Shown piece after piece: positions 23,692-35,905 of a stretch of 64,000 nt of DNA. The translations under genes and the position numbers were made by a program. The DNA lies in assembly GCA_012295275.1 (NCBI GenBank), contig CM022672.1, positions 15,314,001-15,378,000 of the forward strand, given 5' to 3'. Source of the stretch: Chrysomallon squamiferum (taxonomy: Eukaryota; Animalia; Mollusca). The notes beneath the pieces were generated by a model that was not told the DNA's origin, made no database searches, and saw nothing but the letters and a program-made list of their open reading frames with translations. Every line of letters begins with the position of its first letter. Position 1 is the stretch's first letter.

Positions 23692-25760
23692 AGCATAATG
23701 TATCCACAGAACATCAAGGACAGTCCCAAAGACTTCGTGAACCACCACAACTGCTCGAATCACATGTGCAGAATGCACATGCATTTACACAACAAAACCT
23801 TTCAGCTGGTTATCCAGCAGATATTAAACCTCCTCCTTATGAAATGGCTGTTTCACAGTGTTATTCTTTTCGAGCACAACAAACATTTCAACCAACTGTC
23901 CAAGGATGTATGAACCCAGGGGTTTATAACTCCAGAAGTATTGACATCCACAGACAGCCAGTGATAGTAGAACAACCACTGCAAGAATATCTGCAACATC
24001 AGCAATGTCAAGAGCAGCTTCCTGGTCAAACTCAGAACAGTGCACAACATTTTATTATTGATGACAGTGTAGTCGTCTCTGATCAAGCTAAACAGTTCGA
24101 AAAAATCCAAAGTCACAAGTCTGTTAGTTCAAAAGACTCTCAGAGTCTGGGTCTAAATATAGAAACATGTCAGGAAAATATTTTCAAAGAGAAGGAAGAA
24201 AGTGTTAGAAAGAACAACGGTAAAGTATCTAATTACAGTGTTCTTAATGAGAGACAGAAGAACAAAACAGTTGATGCTGAAAGCAGATCATCAGTTGCTA
24301 GCAAATCTTTATCTGGTGGAGGCCAGTTATCTCATATTGCATCAAAACAGCAGAATGTTTCTAGAAGTGGTGAAAATGGTGTGTTATGTCAAGATATTAC
24401 ACTTTCTCATGAAAACGATACTAATACTTCTACTAGTGGTAATAAAGGAAAAGTATCTTCAGTGAATTCTTCTCATGTTCATCCTAATCTAAATCTGCCT
24501 GAATGTTCTCAAAACAAGCAGGATAATCAGACAGCTCAAATTAAACCCGATTCTGCTAAGTCTTTACAGGTATCAAGTCCAGATAGAAAAACACCTATGA
24601 ATGAAAGTGGCAGTGTTGTGGTCAGACCTGTTCTACAGGCAGGCAATTTTAGGAATGAAGTTCCAACCGTTCCAATTCCAGACTACCAGAATATGCATGG
24701 TCACTCACCAGTTACAGACACATCTGAGATTTGTTACCCACCAAGTGTTCCAAGGGGAAACACAATGGATGGAGAGAGAATATTAGAATTAAGGGAATAC
24801 AACAGAAACACTAGAAGCCAGTTCACGGCTTCAAACACAGAATCAGATGAAAATAATTTAATTGTGCCAGTGATATCCAAAGACAGAACATTGCTAGCAT
24901 GTGAGGAAAAGAAGATTAATATGTCTGAGAGTGTTAATGGAAATAGTGACAGAAGTACAAAGATAGAAGATAATGATGAAATGCAGCATCCCAATCATTT
25001 ACCACATCTCAGCATTCTGTTATCTTCTGTGACAGAACAAGATAAAAAATATAGATCATCTTCTTTAGAGAGTTCTCATGGCAAAGGTCTGAGTGATAAC
25101 ACTCTGGTTCAGTCCACAGAAGAAAGTTTTCAGATTGAAGGTATAAATGAAATGAATGAATATTTGAATAATTCGACTGATGATTTTAATAAAGATATTA
25201 TGGAGCCATATCTTCAAATTACTACTAGTAGTTCTGTTGCTGATGATGAAAAATATGTCCCTTTGTCATTAACTGATTTTATAGATCCTCTAAATATTCA
25301 GAAACCTGCTGTAGAAAGAGTTACAAGTAAATTAAATGTTGCTGAAAAGTTAGAAGAAAATAAAACTGAAACACAAGCAAAAAGCTCTTCAGATGAATTC
25401 ATGACCAAGACGTCATCTCCATTACAGAACAAAAATGGTGAGAAAATGACAGTAAAGACTGAAGATACAAATGATTTCTCTGAATTCCACAAAAAAGATC
25501 AGCAACTGGCAATAAATAATAGTGCTGTGAAGATAAATGCTACAGAGATGTCAAGAGCCCACTATGGTATTACAAAGGAAGCAATAAAACAAGATAAACT
25601 ACCACTGCAGTCAAATTCAACTGAATCTTTAACATCTGAAGATGAAAGAAAAGATAATGTACCGGATGCTATAAATGAAGCCACTGCAGTGATTGAAGAT
25701 AAAGGGATGGACAAAGAAAATTTGCTTAGTCATGCTGAAGCTTTACAAATTAGCAAATGA
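23692..25760 (+). CDS. MAVS-like CARD gene copy C, large exon 4; exons 2-4 give a 785-aa open frame
   Basis: Acceptor ttccag| is phase 1 and in frame with ORF 23766-25760 (138+151+2069 = 2358 nt). Loss of one A near 25755 would extend the frame into the tail shared with copy B, to 25905. Confidence 0.85.
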
Positions 25761-26084
25761 CAGATATTCAGAGATAAACGAATCTATTGATACGCTTGGT
25801 AGATCAGCCACCACAGTTACTGAGCGTCCATCTAGATGCAGATCATTGATTAGCAGTTCAATTACCAAAAAAGTAGTAAATGAAATATTTTTAAGTCTGA
25901 GATGAACTTATTTATTGTAGAAGGATCTGTAAAGATTGTTAAAAAAAAAAAAAAAAATGAAAGAAAGAATTATTAACATTAAACATTTACTGATTTAAGA
26001 GTATTTACATGTGTTAACTAAAAACATCATGGTATCTAATGTAAAGAATTTATAATGAATGGCTTTCCTAATTACTTCTTACAG

Positions 26085-26146
26085 TTGTACCTTGTGCTTT
26101 ATTAAGTATACAACAGAGTACAGCTTCAAGTACAGACTTCAAGTGA
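26085..26146 (+). CDS. Putative small terminal exon of copy C
   Basis: The acceptor and exon are retained even though much of the preceding intron is deleted in this copy. Confidence 0.4.
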
Positions 26147-29100
26147 GCTGAAAAATCGTCATTTTATCTCACCATTTTTCATTTTCTTCCATCAGCTGTC
26201 AATAAATAATAATAATAATAATAATAAGATAGATAGATAGATAGATAGATAGATAAAAATAATCTGAAAGGAAATCATTATTTTTAATAAATATGATGGC
26301 GGAAAGATAAATGCTGGACAAAAACAAAAAAAGTTATTATTTAACTCTTTGAGGAGAGAAAAAATTTTAAAAATTGGAAAAGAAAAGAATTATAATAGTA
26401 ATAATTTCATTTATCATCATTAGCTCTTGACACTTGTAAATCTCAGGTCATTAGATAACTGACCTTAGCATTGATGGAAAAAGAAACAGTTTTAGTAATT
26501 GTATCTAAATATTCAGACTTTTAACTTACAAATTTTAATGTCAAAATAACCAGAAATTGAAGAAACTGTATTTTTTAGCATCAGTGAAATTACTTAATAA
26601 GGTAAAGTCCAAAACACGTATTTTTAGCATGAGTGAATTATTACACAAATGATTAACATAGTTAATATGTTGTTCCACTGTTGACTAAAACGTTTTTAAA
26701 TACTGGGGGGGGGGTCCATCTTTTTCTACTTTATACTTCTATTTCTTTGTCATTTACTACTTTTCATCTTTGTCTATTTTTCTTTCATGTTTCATCCTTT
26801 TCCTTTTTTATAATTTCTGTTTTCTTCTAGGTTTTCTTCTTTTTAGTTTCTACTTTTTTCTTTCTTTTTAGTTTCTACTACTTTTCTTTTACTTTAAGTT
26901 TCTTTATTATTATTATTATTCTTTTAATGGTAATATCACTAAACAAAAATATATCACATCCGTATAACAAATTTATAACAGATCAAGTGCTTTGTTAATT
27001 AAAAGTTATTTTGTTTTAGTCAAAGAATATAAAATACTCTTTTCCATCTGATAATGATTCTAATCTTCAAACTCAAATTCAGAGCAAATGAGAAATGATT
27101 GTATTATTTTAAAGTGTAATATATATTGTGAATTTTCAAAAATAAATAGATGGAAAATATTTCTCTTGCGTTACAGTAAACCAGAAGTCTTAATCCATAT
27201 GTCTAACCTTTTTAAGTCAAACAGATATATAATCATATAACTTAAAAACATTTTCAAAACAAATTTTGCAGTAGTTAATGTAATAATTATCTTGATGCAT
27301 TTCACATTTTATTTATACATTTGTATAAATCTGTATTTAGTAATCGAAAAAAGAAAAAAAAAAGATTGTGACAAAAGCACAAACCTCCCTGAAAATTAAC
27401 TTTTTCTGCAGAATTTTAAGTAATTTGCTCAAGATTATGTTTTTCAACGTGAATTGTACCAGGGCAAAAATCTTGCCTACTATGGTTGTAAAATAATAAT
27501 GCATAACATTGTAATCTAGAAACTGGTATATATATATTTTGTTATTATTATTTAAACAAATCTTGATTTCAGTATAAAACACTTTGTTTTAAGTCAGTGT
27601 GTGTATCTGGGTTTAAAGTTACGTGTTTATTCAAGAAAATAATTTACATTATTACTCTAATTTTTAAATATTTATTCATTTACTATGAATTGATTACACT
27701 AAAGCTACAGTATACAGACCTTAATTTTTCCCTCTGGATTCTCTTTATCTGTGGGTTTTATGCACATATAAAATTATTATAAAACTGACCTTCACTCCCT
27801 ACCAGACTTTGATCACATAATGATAAATTAAATACTCATTTACAAGCAAATAACTGTTATGAAAGTGAAAGAAAAACATAGTTTCGCTTTTGCCTTCTTG
27901 GAAAGACAAATTGTATATTGGAACATTACCCATAAAATTGTAAAGGTTGACTGGATATTTGGTTTATTCATTGTGTGTGTGATTATTTTCAAATGGATAG
28001 TGTGCATGATTTTCAAATGCCAGGTAAACAAAGATCGGAAAGTGGAATCTCAAGAAAAAGGATGTCTTTTCCTCTTATAATGTGTTAGTTGTACCAAAGA
28101 CAGTGTGGAAAAGATCTGCATTATCAGATGGGCTAACAGCTTCAACATTTTGTTAAATATATAAATGTATGAGTGTTTATGCTGTGTCTGTGTCTGTACT
28201 ATTCAATGCTGTTACAAAATTTGGCAGAATAATCCATCTAGATGGTAAGGTTAATTTACAAGGAAAATATCATTTTGAACTGTGAAAGAATAATAGCTGC
28301 GTGCGATTATGGTCACAACTGTTTTAGAAAAAAAAAATATATATAAAAATAATAATAATAAAAATAAATAATGAAATAATGAAACATTTCTACCCAAAGA
28401 CTTCATAAAAAGGAAACGAATTTATTATCACATTCTGGGCTGTGCTGGGCACTTCAACTAGTAACAAATAAAATAATAAATAGAATAAATAAAATAAAAT
28501 TATAAAATAAAATAATAAATAGAATGAATAAAAGAATAGAATAAAGAAGACAACAAATTTAGTTAACATTTATGAGATTTATTAAATATCTGAGTATTTT
28601 ACTATCAACATTCAAAGCATGACTGTAGCAATGTTTTTTAAAAAAAATATTTATAAAAAGAATACAGGCTTCAAAATATGAAGAAAATTTCTTAAACCAA
28701 GTTTTTAACAAATGAACCTTAACAACCACTTTTTAGCCTCACCACAGTACTGCAACAATTTTAAGTTATTTTTGTTACACATATTTCAAAGTATTAAAGT
28801 AATTTACATACAACATGTTCTGGATAATGTACATATAAATGTGTGTGTTAGTGTAATGTTTGCAGGCATGCAGTGATATGTAATAACTGTTTTTTTCTGA
28901 ACACATGAAACCTGTTTTGAGGCCTGTTTTATAATAACGTGCTAAATCACAGGGTTTTTTTTAATTAGTAATTTTGTATAATTAAACATAAGGCATCTTC
29001 TGAAACACTATAATACTGTTTCTTACAAAAGTTGGCTGATGATTTTAGTTTTAATTTAACTATTTTGAGTTAAGATCTCTACATTTCTAAAAAAAAAATT

Positions 29101-30381
29101 TTTAAATTAATAATAATATATATATATATATAAAATAATAAAAACAATAATAATCTTTCATCTCTGTGTCATAAAAATAAACCCAACATAATGAACCCTA
29201 TTAAAAAATAATAATAAATAAAATAGATTAATAAAAAAAATGAAATATCAGTAACATTAAAAGAAAGTAGTAAAATTAAAGTGATATTATTTTATTTTTA
29301 TTTTTTTCTGTAGCATATGTGCCTATGATTAAGCTTAAACATTTAAGTAAAGATCCAACACAGTAAAACTTATGTATCGTCTTCCAGAATGGTTGTAACT
29401 AAAAGAAGAAAAAGTGTACAAATGTGTAAATTGACTTTAACAAAAAGAAAATATATATATATATATTTTAATAATAATAAAAAAAATAAACAGAAATAGG
29501 TTGAAGAGGTACTTTAAAAACACTTCATTTAGTATTTTAATGATTTTGAATTTAAAAACAAAATATGTATTTACACAGAAAGAAATGAAAAGAAAATAAA
29601 TCTTAATGCATGTTCTTCATAACATTCAATGAACTGAAATTATAATTATTAAAAAATTACAAATAAAAACACAAACAAATATTTTGTGACTGACATTTAC
29701 ATACTGAGACTGATGACACAGAAATACCACCAATATAATATGTTCCGAAAACACTTGAAGAAAAAAGTGTTGGTTTAGTGATTATAAATTTGCTATTTTA
29801 TACATGTACACTAAATTGAATTCATCTGTTCTCGCCAAGAATTACTGGAAAATTGTTATTTTCAAACATCAGTAGAAGAAAACATTTTCTACATATTTTT
29901 ACTGGAATTATGGTGATATTCTGTATCCTGACTGAAACAAAACAAGTTGATACAATTTTGTATTCTTATTTATTTTATTTATATATATATATATATATAT
30001 TTTATTTTTTTAAATTTTTTATTTAGTGATCTTTTGTTCCTTTTTCTCCCCTTAATGTTGACATTCCATATTTTTGGGACATTATATTATTAGTAATATG
30101 GCTTTAACAATTGAGTAAGTGTGTTCAATCCACTGTTCAGCACAGAAAAAAAGAAATAACACAAGCAGTTCCTCCTCCTTGGAGATCAAATATCTGAGAA
30201 TAAAAACAAAAATCTGACTGTAGTCTTTAAATATTCCACATAAAAACATTAAGCTGCATCACAATGTTAGCCATTTGACAAAACCTTTTCTTTTTATTAC
30301 TATTTTTATTATTATTTATTTATTATTATTCTTTTTTTTAGTTATTTTTTTTTTTTTTTTTTAAGATAATACAAATCCACC

Positions 30382-30412
<31 letters not shown>

Positions 30413-30644
30413 CATCAATATTACTGTTAGAACAAAAATTGTACAAAACATTAGCAACTAATTTGTCTTATTCTTTTTTCCTTTTTAGTGAACTGTTGGG
30501 TTTTTGGGGTTTTTTTTTTCGTGAGATATTTCCAAGACATCCCAACTACAGGAATATAAGCTTCCAAACTGCATTCTTTCAACTGTTTTAAAAAGTCACA
30601 CTGAAGATAAATACTATTTGTTTGTTTAAAGATAAATTTTGTGT

Positions 30645-30775
30645 TTAACTTGTAGAATGGTGTCTTGTGGTCCCTTCTCTGATCTGATTTGCTTCACCCA
30701 TCAGTGTATGCAGCATCTCAGTAAGCTGGTCGTCTTTCAGATCTGTGATAACTGGATCACTGGTTGAATTACGAT
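30645..30775 (-). CDS. RTKN: Rhotekin terminal coding exon
   Basis: ttacag| acceptor. The phase-1 frame reads DRNSTSDPVITDLKDDQLTEMLHTLMGEANQIREGTTRHHSTS*. Confidence 0.7.
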
Positions 30776-31248
30776 CTGTAACACACAATCATAATAACAG
30801 CAACAACAATAACAGTAAAAACAATAATAATAACAATAACAAAAAGCAATGAACCTGATCATAATGATGAATATAATACTAAAAACTATGATGCTGATGA
30901 TGACAGCTATAATAAAACAACAGTAATAATGATGACAACAATAATAACAACTGTAGTAAATAATTTGTAACACAGATCAGTTATTCCCTATCCAGATTCT
31001 TCAAATAATTAAAATTAATCAGTTCGGTTCTAAGTGTAAAAAAAATATTCAGTTTTTAAAACTTTGCAGATTTCAAACAACTTACTTTTCACTTATTTAA
31101 AATGATGGTGTGTCAGAAGTAGACTTTTAAAAAAAAAAAAGAATGGGTTTAAAAATATACACAGCATTTTAGTGAAAACTTACCTGCTGTGCAGTGTATA
31201 TTAAAGATGAAAAGATTTTTGGAAAAACGATTGAAGCTACTGACCTAC

Positions 31249-31359
31249 CTATCAAAGGTGTGTCATCATATAATGAACTTTTGCGCTGGACGGCTGGATT
31301 TTTTCTCAAAGATGTCTCGGGTACATCCATTAAGAAATCACAGGCATGTTTCCAAAGTG
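31249..31359 (-). CDS. RTKN: Rhotekin exon (post-PH); alternative donor extends it to 31184
   Basis: ALWKHACDFLMDVPETSLRKNPAVQRKSSLYDDTPLI. Donors are G|GTAGGT (31249) and CAG|GTAAGT (31184). Confidence 0.8.
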
Positions 31360-31458
31360 CTGAAGAAAACAATACAAGCAATCTTTGTAATCAAAAATAG
31401 TAATTACAACTATCATTTACAACATGCTGACAACAATTTTAGAATAGTTGAATTATTT

Positions 31459-31497
<39 letters not shown>

Positions 31498-31903
31498 GCC
31501 TATTTAAAAAGATTTTAAATTTTAATTGATTTTTAATGGTAATTTTATTTTTCTAATAGTTTTTGTATTAAACTACTTTATAAAAAAAAAATTGCCACAT
31601 TTTCATTAAAATCATTTAAATTGATGAACAACGTAATAAAAATAAAAAATAAAATTTAAATTTAAAGATTGCATTCATTAAGAAATATTTTTTGAAAAGA
31701 AAAAGTAAGAAAGTAAGAAAATCTCTCTAAAAAAATTTTTTAACCCAACGGCAGAAGTCTTTATTAATCAATTAGTCAGTAATAATGAAAATAATCATTT
31801 AAAAACAAATAAAAAATTAACAATAATAATAATAATAATAATAATAATTAATAATAATAATAATAAATACATAAATACATAAATAAGGTAAACTCTCACT
31901 GAC

Positions 31904-32069
31904 CTTGGTCAAGAAGGTGTTGCTGAAAACCATCCCACCACCGGTTGAAGTCTTCCTGTGAGTCAGCTGACAGGGTGTGTTCCAGTACTCCGGTCAGTGA
32001 CACAGTTTTGATGTGGAATGTGTGAGGGCCTTTACACGCAGCAGGATCAGCATCACTAATTTGTGTGTT
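31904..32069 (-). CDS. RTKN: Rhotekin exon, PH domain C-terminal half
   Basis: NTQISDADPAACKGPHTFHIKT...EHTLSADSQEDFNRWWDGFQQHLLDQ. AG/GT sites, 166 nt, phase 0 to 1. Confidence 0.9.
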
Positions 32070-33055
32070 CTGAAAGACAAACAGTTAAAACTTCCACTCT
32101 GTAAACACTTCCTTCACCCACGAAAATACAACAGTACAGGGAGATTAAAACTTTTATGTTGTGTTGCTGGTAAATGAAAAGGACAGAGATTTATTCAAGG
32201 TGTGAGAGGTGAGGAAATTGTCATTTTCACAGCAAGAGAAAATCCAGTAAATGAAATCTGCATGTACACCAGTCTTATATCATGAGGTATTTGCATCTTT
32301 TTCATCTGGCTGATTTTATTTATTCACTGTGAAAAACATTTTTTTGTAAAATTAGACGCAATGATAAAAACAAACCATCTGTTCAAAACAATCCTATATA
32401 TAATTTTCTAAACAAGTTGAATTCTTGCAAAATATCAGTTATTATTATTATATATTTTTTTTTTTTCACTGCTCTAAGGATAACTGGCTTATCATATTTA
32501 CTCAGTGTGATAAACAGATTCAAAAAATTGTATATTCAGATTGGACCTCTGTAATCCGGCATTCACTAATCCTGCAGTTCAGTGGTTTAGGAAGATAATT
32601 TAAATCTGGTGGTAATTAGTTTGTATGGCTGCTGCTTAGCCAGCTGCAGTACCAACAGTGCCACATACTGTTTGGCCTTAGCTTATTTACAGTAGTTGGT
32701 GCTGGTGTAGAGACAGTATTCTTTTTCACTGGTAGCTTACTACTAAATATACCTCCTAAAGCAACCAGCAAGTAGTGCAAGTGGTGGTAACATTTCAAAA
32801 TGCAAACATGTGTCATTAACACTGATTATAAAAGATGAAAAAACACCAGAATAGCATTTCATCATAAATAGGTCCACTAAGCTTGAAAAAGGTTTATGTC
32901 TGTATACTATTATATTGGCATCATCAATACATTACAGCACATGCACAAATTCATCATTTTTTTGTTCTGCCCTCACGTTTCAGAGAGGATCAAACTATAA
33001 AATGTTGCAGCTGTTTTTCTGTCTCTCATACTGCATACAAAGAAATGATACTAAC

Positions 33056-33181
33056 TTTAGTGACTGAAATTGTCAACAATGGAGCTGCCACTTCAACATC
33101 ACTTGGTGAAGACCAACAGGCAAGATGTAGGTTTTTCAGAACACACCAGTATCGCTTCCATTTTGAAAGATCGTCATCTTC
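33056..33181 (-). CDS. RTKN: Rhotekin exon, PH domain N-terminal half
   Basis: EDDDLSKWKRYWCVLKNLHLACWSSPSDVEVAAPLLTISVTK. 126 nt, phase 0 to 0. Confidence 0.9.
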
Positions 33182-33193
33182 CTATTAACAGTG

Positions 33194-33668
33194 AAATAAT
33201 ATGTCAGCTACACACTTCATCATACATTCACTACTAACAATACAAATCTACAAAGGTGTCTAAATAGTATGTCAGCTACATACTTCATCATACATTCACT
33301 ACTAACAATACAAATCTACAAAGATGTCTAAATAATATGTCAGCTACATACTTCATCATACATTCACTACTAACAATACAAATCTACAAAGGTGTCTAAA
33401 TAGTATGTCAGCTACATACTTCATCATACATTCACTACTAACAATACAAATCTACAAAGATGTCTAAATAATGTCAGCTACATACTTCATCATACATTCA
33501 CTACTAACAATACAAATCTACAAAGATGTCTAAATAATATGTCAGCTACATACTTCATCATACATTCACTACTAACAATACAAATCTACAAAGGTGTCTA
33601 AATATTATGTCAGCTACACACTTCATCATACATTCACTACTAATGATGCAAGTCTACAAAGGTGTCTA
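33194..33668. repeat. Intronic minisatellite, 68-bp unit x7
   Basis: aaataatatgtcagctacatacttcatcatacattcactactaacaatacaaatctacaaagRtgtct repeats at 33194, 33262, 33330, 33398 and onward. There are no spacers. Confidence 0.95.
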
Positions 33669-34173
33669 ACCCACAAATACTACTGTTGCACAAACGCTGA
33701 AAACGATATTCTGTATCAGTTAAAGGCCGATTCACAATAATAAAAGTATCAGAAAAATTAATAAGTGGTAAATATCATATGTTTAGAGACTGTTATCAAC
33801 TTTATTTTAAAGATTTTCAAACATTCATGAAATTGATAAAAGTTAGTAACTGTAAATAAACTGTTTTCAACAACATAAATGATTTTAGTGTTAACAAAGC
33901 TTTGTTTTATCAGCTACAGTTCTCTAATATTAAATATATCCACAGGGTTTCTTTGTTAACTTATCAAATTTTGATATTTAAAAAAAAAAATGAATAAAAA
34001 ATAATAATAATAGTAATAATAATAATAATAATAATAACAATAACACAATAAAAAAATTAAAATAAATAAAAAAAAATTAAAAAAACGTAGGCCAGTGGCA
34101 AACAGAGCTCAGATGACAGAGTGAAAGGAAGGCTGGAAGTGATGGTGTTTATTTGAGGATGTTGCTATTTTAC

Positions 34174-34280
34174 CTGTATGTTGAGGTAACCTGTGACTGC
34201 AGTTTCTACAAGACACTGAGGAACAGCAGCCAGTCTGCAGCAGTAGTGTCCAAACAGAGGAAGTTCGTGGACTACGCCTT
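34174..34280 (-). CDS. RTKN: Rhotekin exon (end of anillin-homology domain)
   Basis: EGVVHELPLFGHYCCRLAAVPQCLVETAVTGYLNIQ contains the LPL(Y/F)G..CCRLAA motif. 107 nt. Confidence 0.92.
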
Positions 34281-34842
34281 CTAGATGGTTCAAAATGAAA
34301 CGAAATAAAAGTAAAGTAAAGTAAAGTAAAATAAAAATAATAATAATAATAATAATATTATTAAAATATAAAATAAAATAAAAATAATATAAAATAAGTA
34401 ATAATAATAATAATAAAACTAAAATATAAACTAAAAAGAGTACAAAATAAAAAACTAATATGTATCAGCAAACTGTTATCTGGGATTAAGTCATAAAACA
34501 ATAATAAATCACTTAGAAAACCATGATTTTAAAAAAGTAATGTAAGAGATTTTTACAAATGACATAAAGATTTCACTTAATCATTTCATTTACTTTTAAT
34601 ATTTATTTAATTTAAGCAATGGATATGTTTCAGAGACATGGGAGATATATATTAAGGTATATATATATTAAATTATTATTCTGTAATCCAGAAAGGTTTT
34701 GGAACTATGGATTCTGAACAACTGGTGTAGCAACAAGTAAAATAAGACAGATGTTACAAACTACTAAAAATATGTTTCCCTTTGAGTGAAACAGTTGAGA
34801 TGTTCTGTGTATTCCTATATGATTATTAAAACAAATTATCAC

Positions 34843-34940
34843 CTGCATTTTTTTCCAGTTCCACATCAAATGTTCTCACAGACTCATCTACATCTGACAA
34901 CTGAAGAGAACCTCGTGCGACTAGATCAAACTTGGGTCCT
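34843..34940 (-). CDS. RTKN: Rhotekin exon (anillin-homology domain)
   Basis: GPKFDLVARGSLQLSDVDESVRTFDVELEKNA. 98 nt, phase 2 to 1. Confidence 0.9.
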
Positions 34941-35210
34941 CTGTAGAATAATAAATTATTTTAAATCCTAAACATGAATTGTTGAGAAAAAAAATAACTG
35001 TTAATATCTTTAACAGAAAATAAAATCAATCAGAAGCAATGTCAAAAAATAAACAAACAAACGAAAAATTAAGAAAAAAAAAAAAAAATAAAAAAAATAA
35101 ATAAAGACATAAATTACCTATAAGATTCAAGTGATACATGTATTAATAATGATGTTCTCATCATGAAATTGTTTAAGTTAAACAAACCAATATTTTAATA
35201 AATTACTTAC

Positions 35211-35242
35211 AAAACCATATTTCCTATGATGTCTGCATCATT
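35211..35242 (-). CDS. RTKN: Rhotekin 32-nt micro-exon
   Basis: (T)nAG|AATGATGCAGACATCATAGGAAATATGGTTTT|GTAAGT. It is needed to convert phase 0 to phase 2 between the flanking exons. Confidence 0.85.
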
Positions 35243-35526
35243 CTAAAAAAAAAAAAAAAATAATAATAATAATAAAAATAACAAGAAGTCATAAATATTA
35301 TCATTTCAAATTATCTGAAGAAGAATACCATCAAATATGAAAGATAAATGGAGGATGTGAATTTTAGTAGGAACTGATTAATATATATATTATAGGTGAT
35401 TTGATAAATCAGTTTTATTGAGTCTGAAATCCAAATAAATGACCATTTGTTTTGGTAAGTTTGTATGACTATAAACTGTACTATTATTCTACAAGACTCA
35501 GACATAAATGTCACTGTGCCAGCCAC

Positions 35527-35567
<41 letters not shown>

Positions 35568-35745
35568 AAATAACAAGATTCAATACTGAAAAGTACTTTT
35601 TGGGGGGGTAATCACTTCGACATGAAATGAATACACAGACATATAAAACACACACACACTATATAACAGTTAAAATAAGACAACTGAAGAATACGTTTAA
35701 TGGAGATAACTCTTGACGACATAATGTGAAAACTAAAATACGTAC

Positions 35746-35905
35746 CAAGCCTGACAGCCTCTTTCCTACACTTCTTCCAACCGACCCAGACAAGTCATTA
35801 ATTTTTTTACGCAGTTTTTTGGGCGTGTTGGCAATGGAGAGATCTTCGTGCAACTTGTGGCAGTAAATTTCCACCTTGCAGTCAAAATCATGACCAATAT
35901 TGTTG
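35746..35905 (-). CDS. RTKN: Rhotekin exon (anillin-homology domain)
   Basis: NNIGHDFDCKVEIYCHKLHEDLSIANTPKKLRKKINDLSGSVGRSVGKRLSGL. 160 nt, phase 2 to 0. Confidence 0.92.

Larger units (their letters stand above)
20058..29261 (+). repeat. Tandem segmental duplication unit C (~9.2 kb)
   Basis: Colinear with unit B. Homology ends after gtaacattaaa at 29261, where unique sequence begins. Confidence 0.92.

Noticed and set aside
27859-28080. Hydrophobic ORF (WIFGLFIVCVIIFKW) as the missing TM exon
   Set aside because: The homologous regions at ~5270-5420 and ~18390-18535 have frame-breaking indels relative to it and there is no convincing acceptor. It is not fully excluded without transcripts.
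33194-33668. Regular repeat resembling a CRISPR array
   Set aside because: The units are head-to-tail with no unique spacers, lie in a eukaryotic intron, and have no cas genes nearby.
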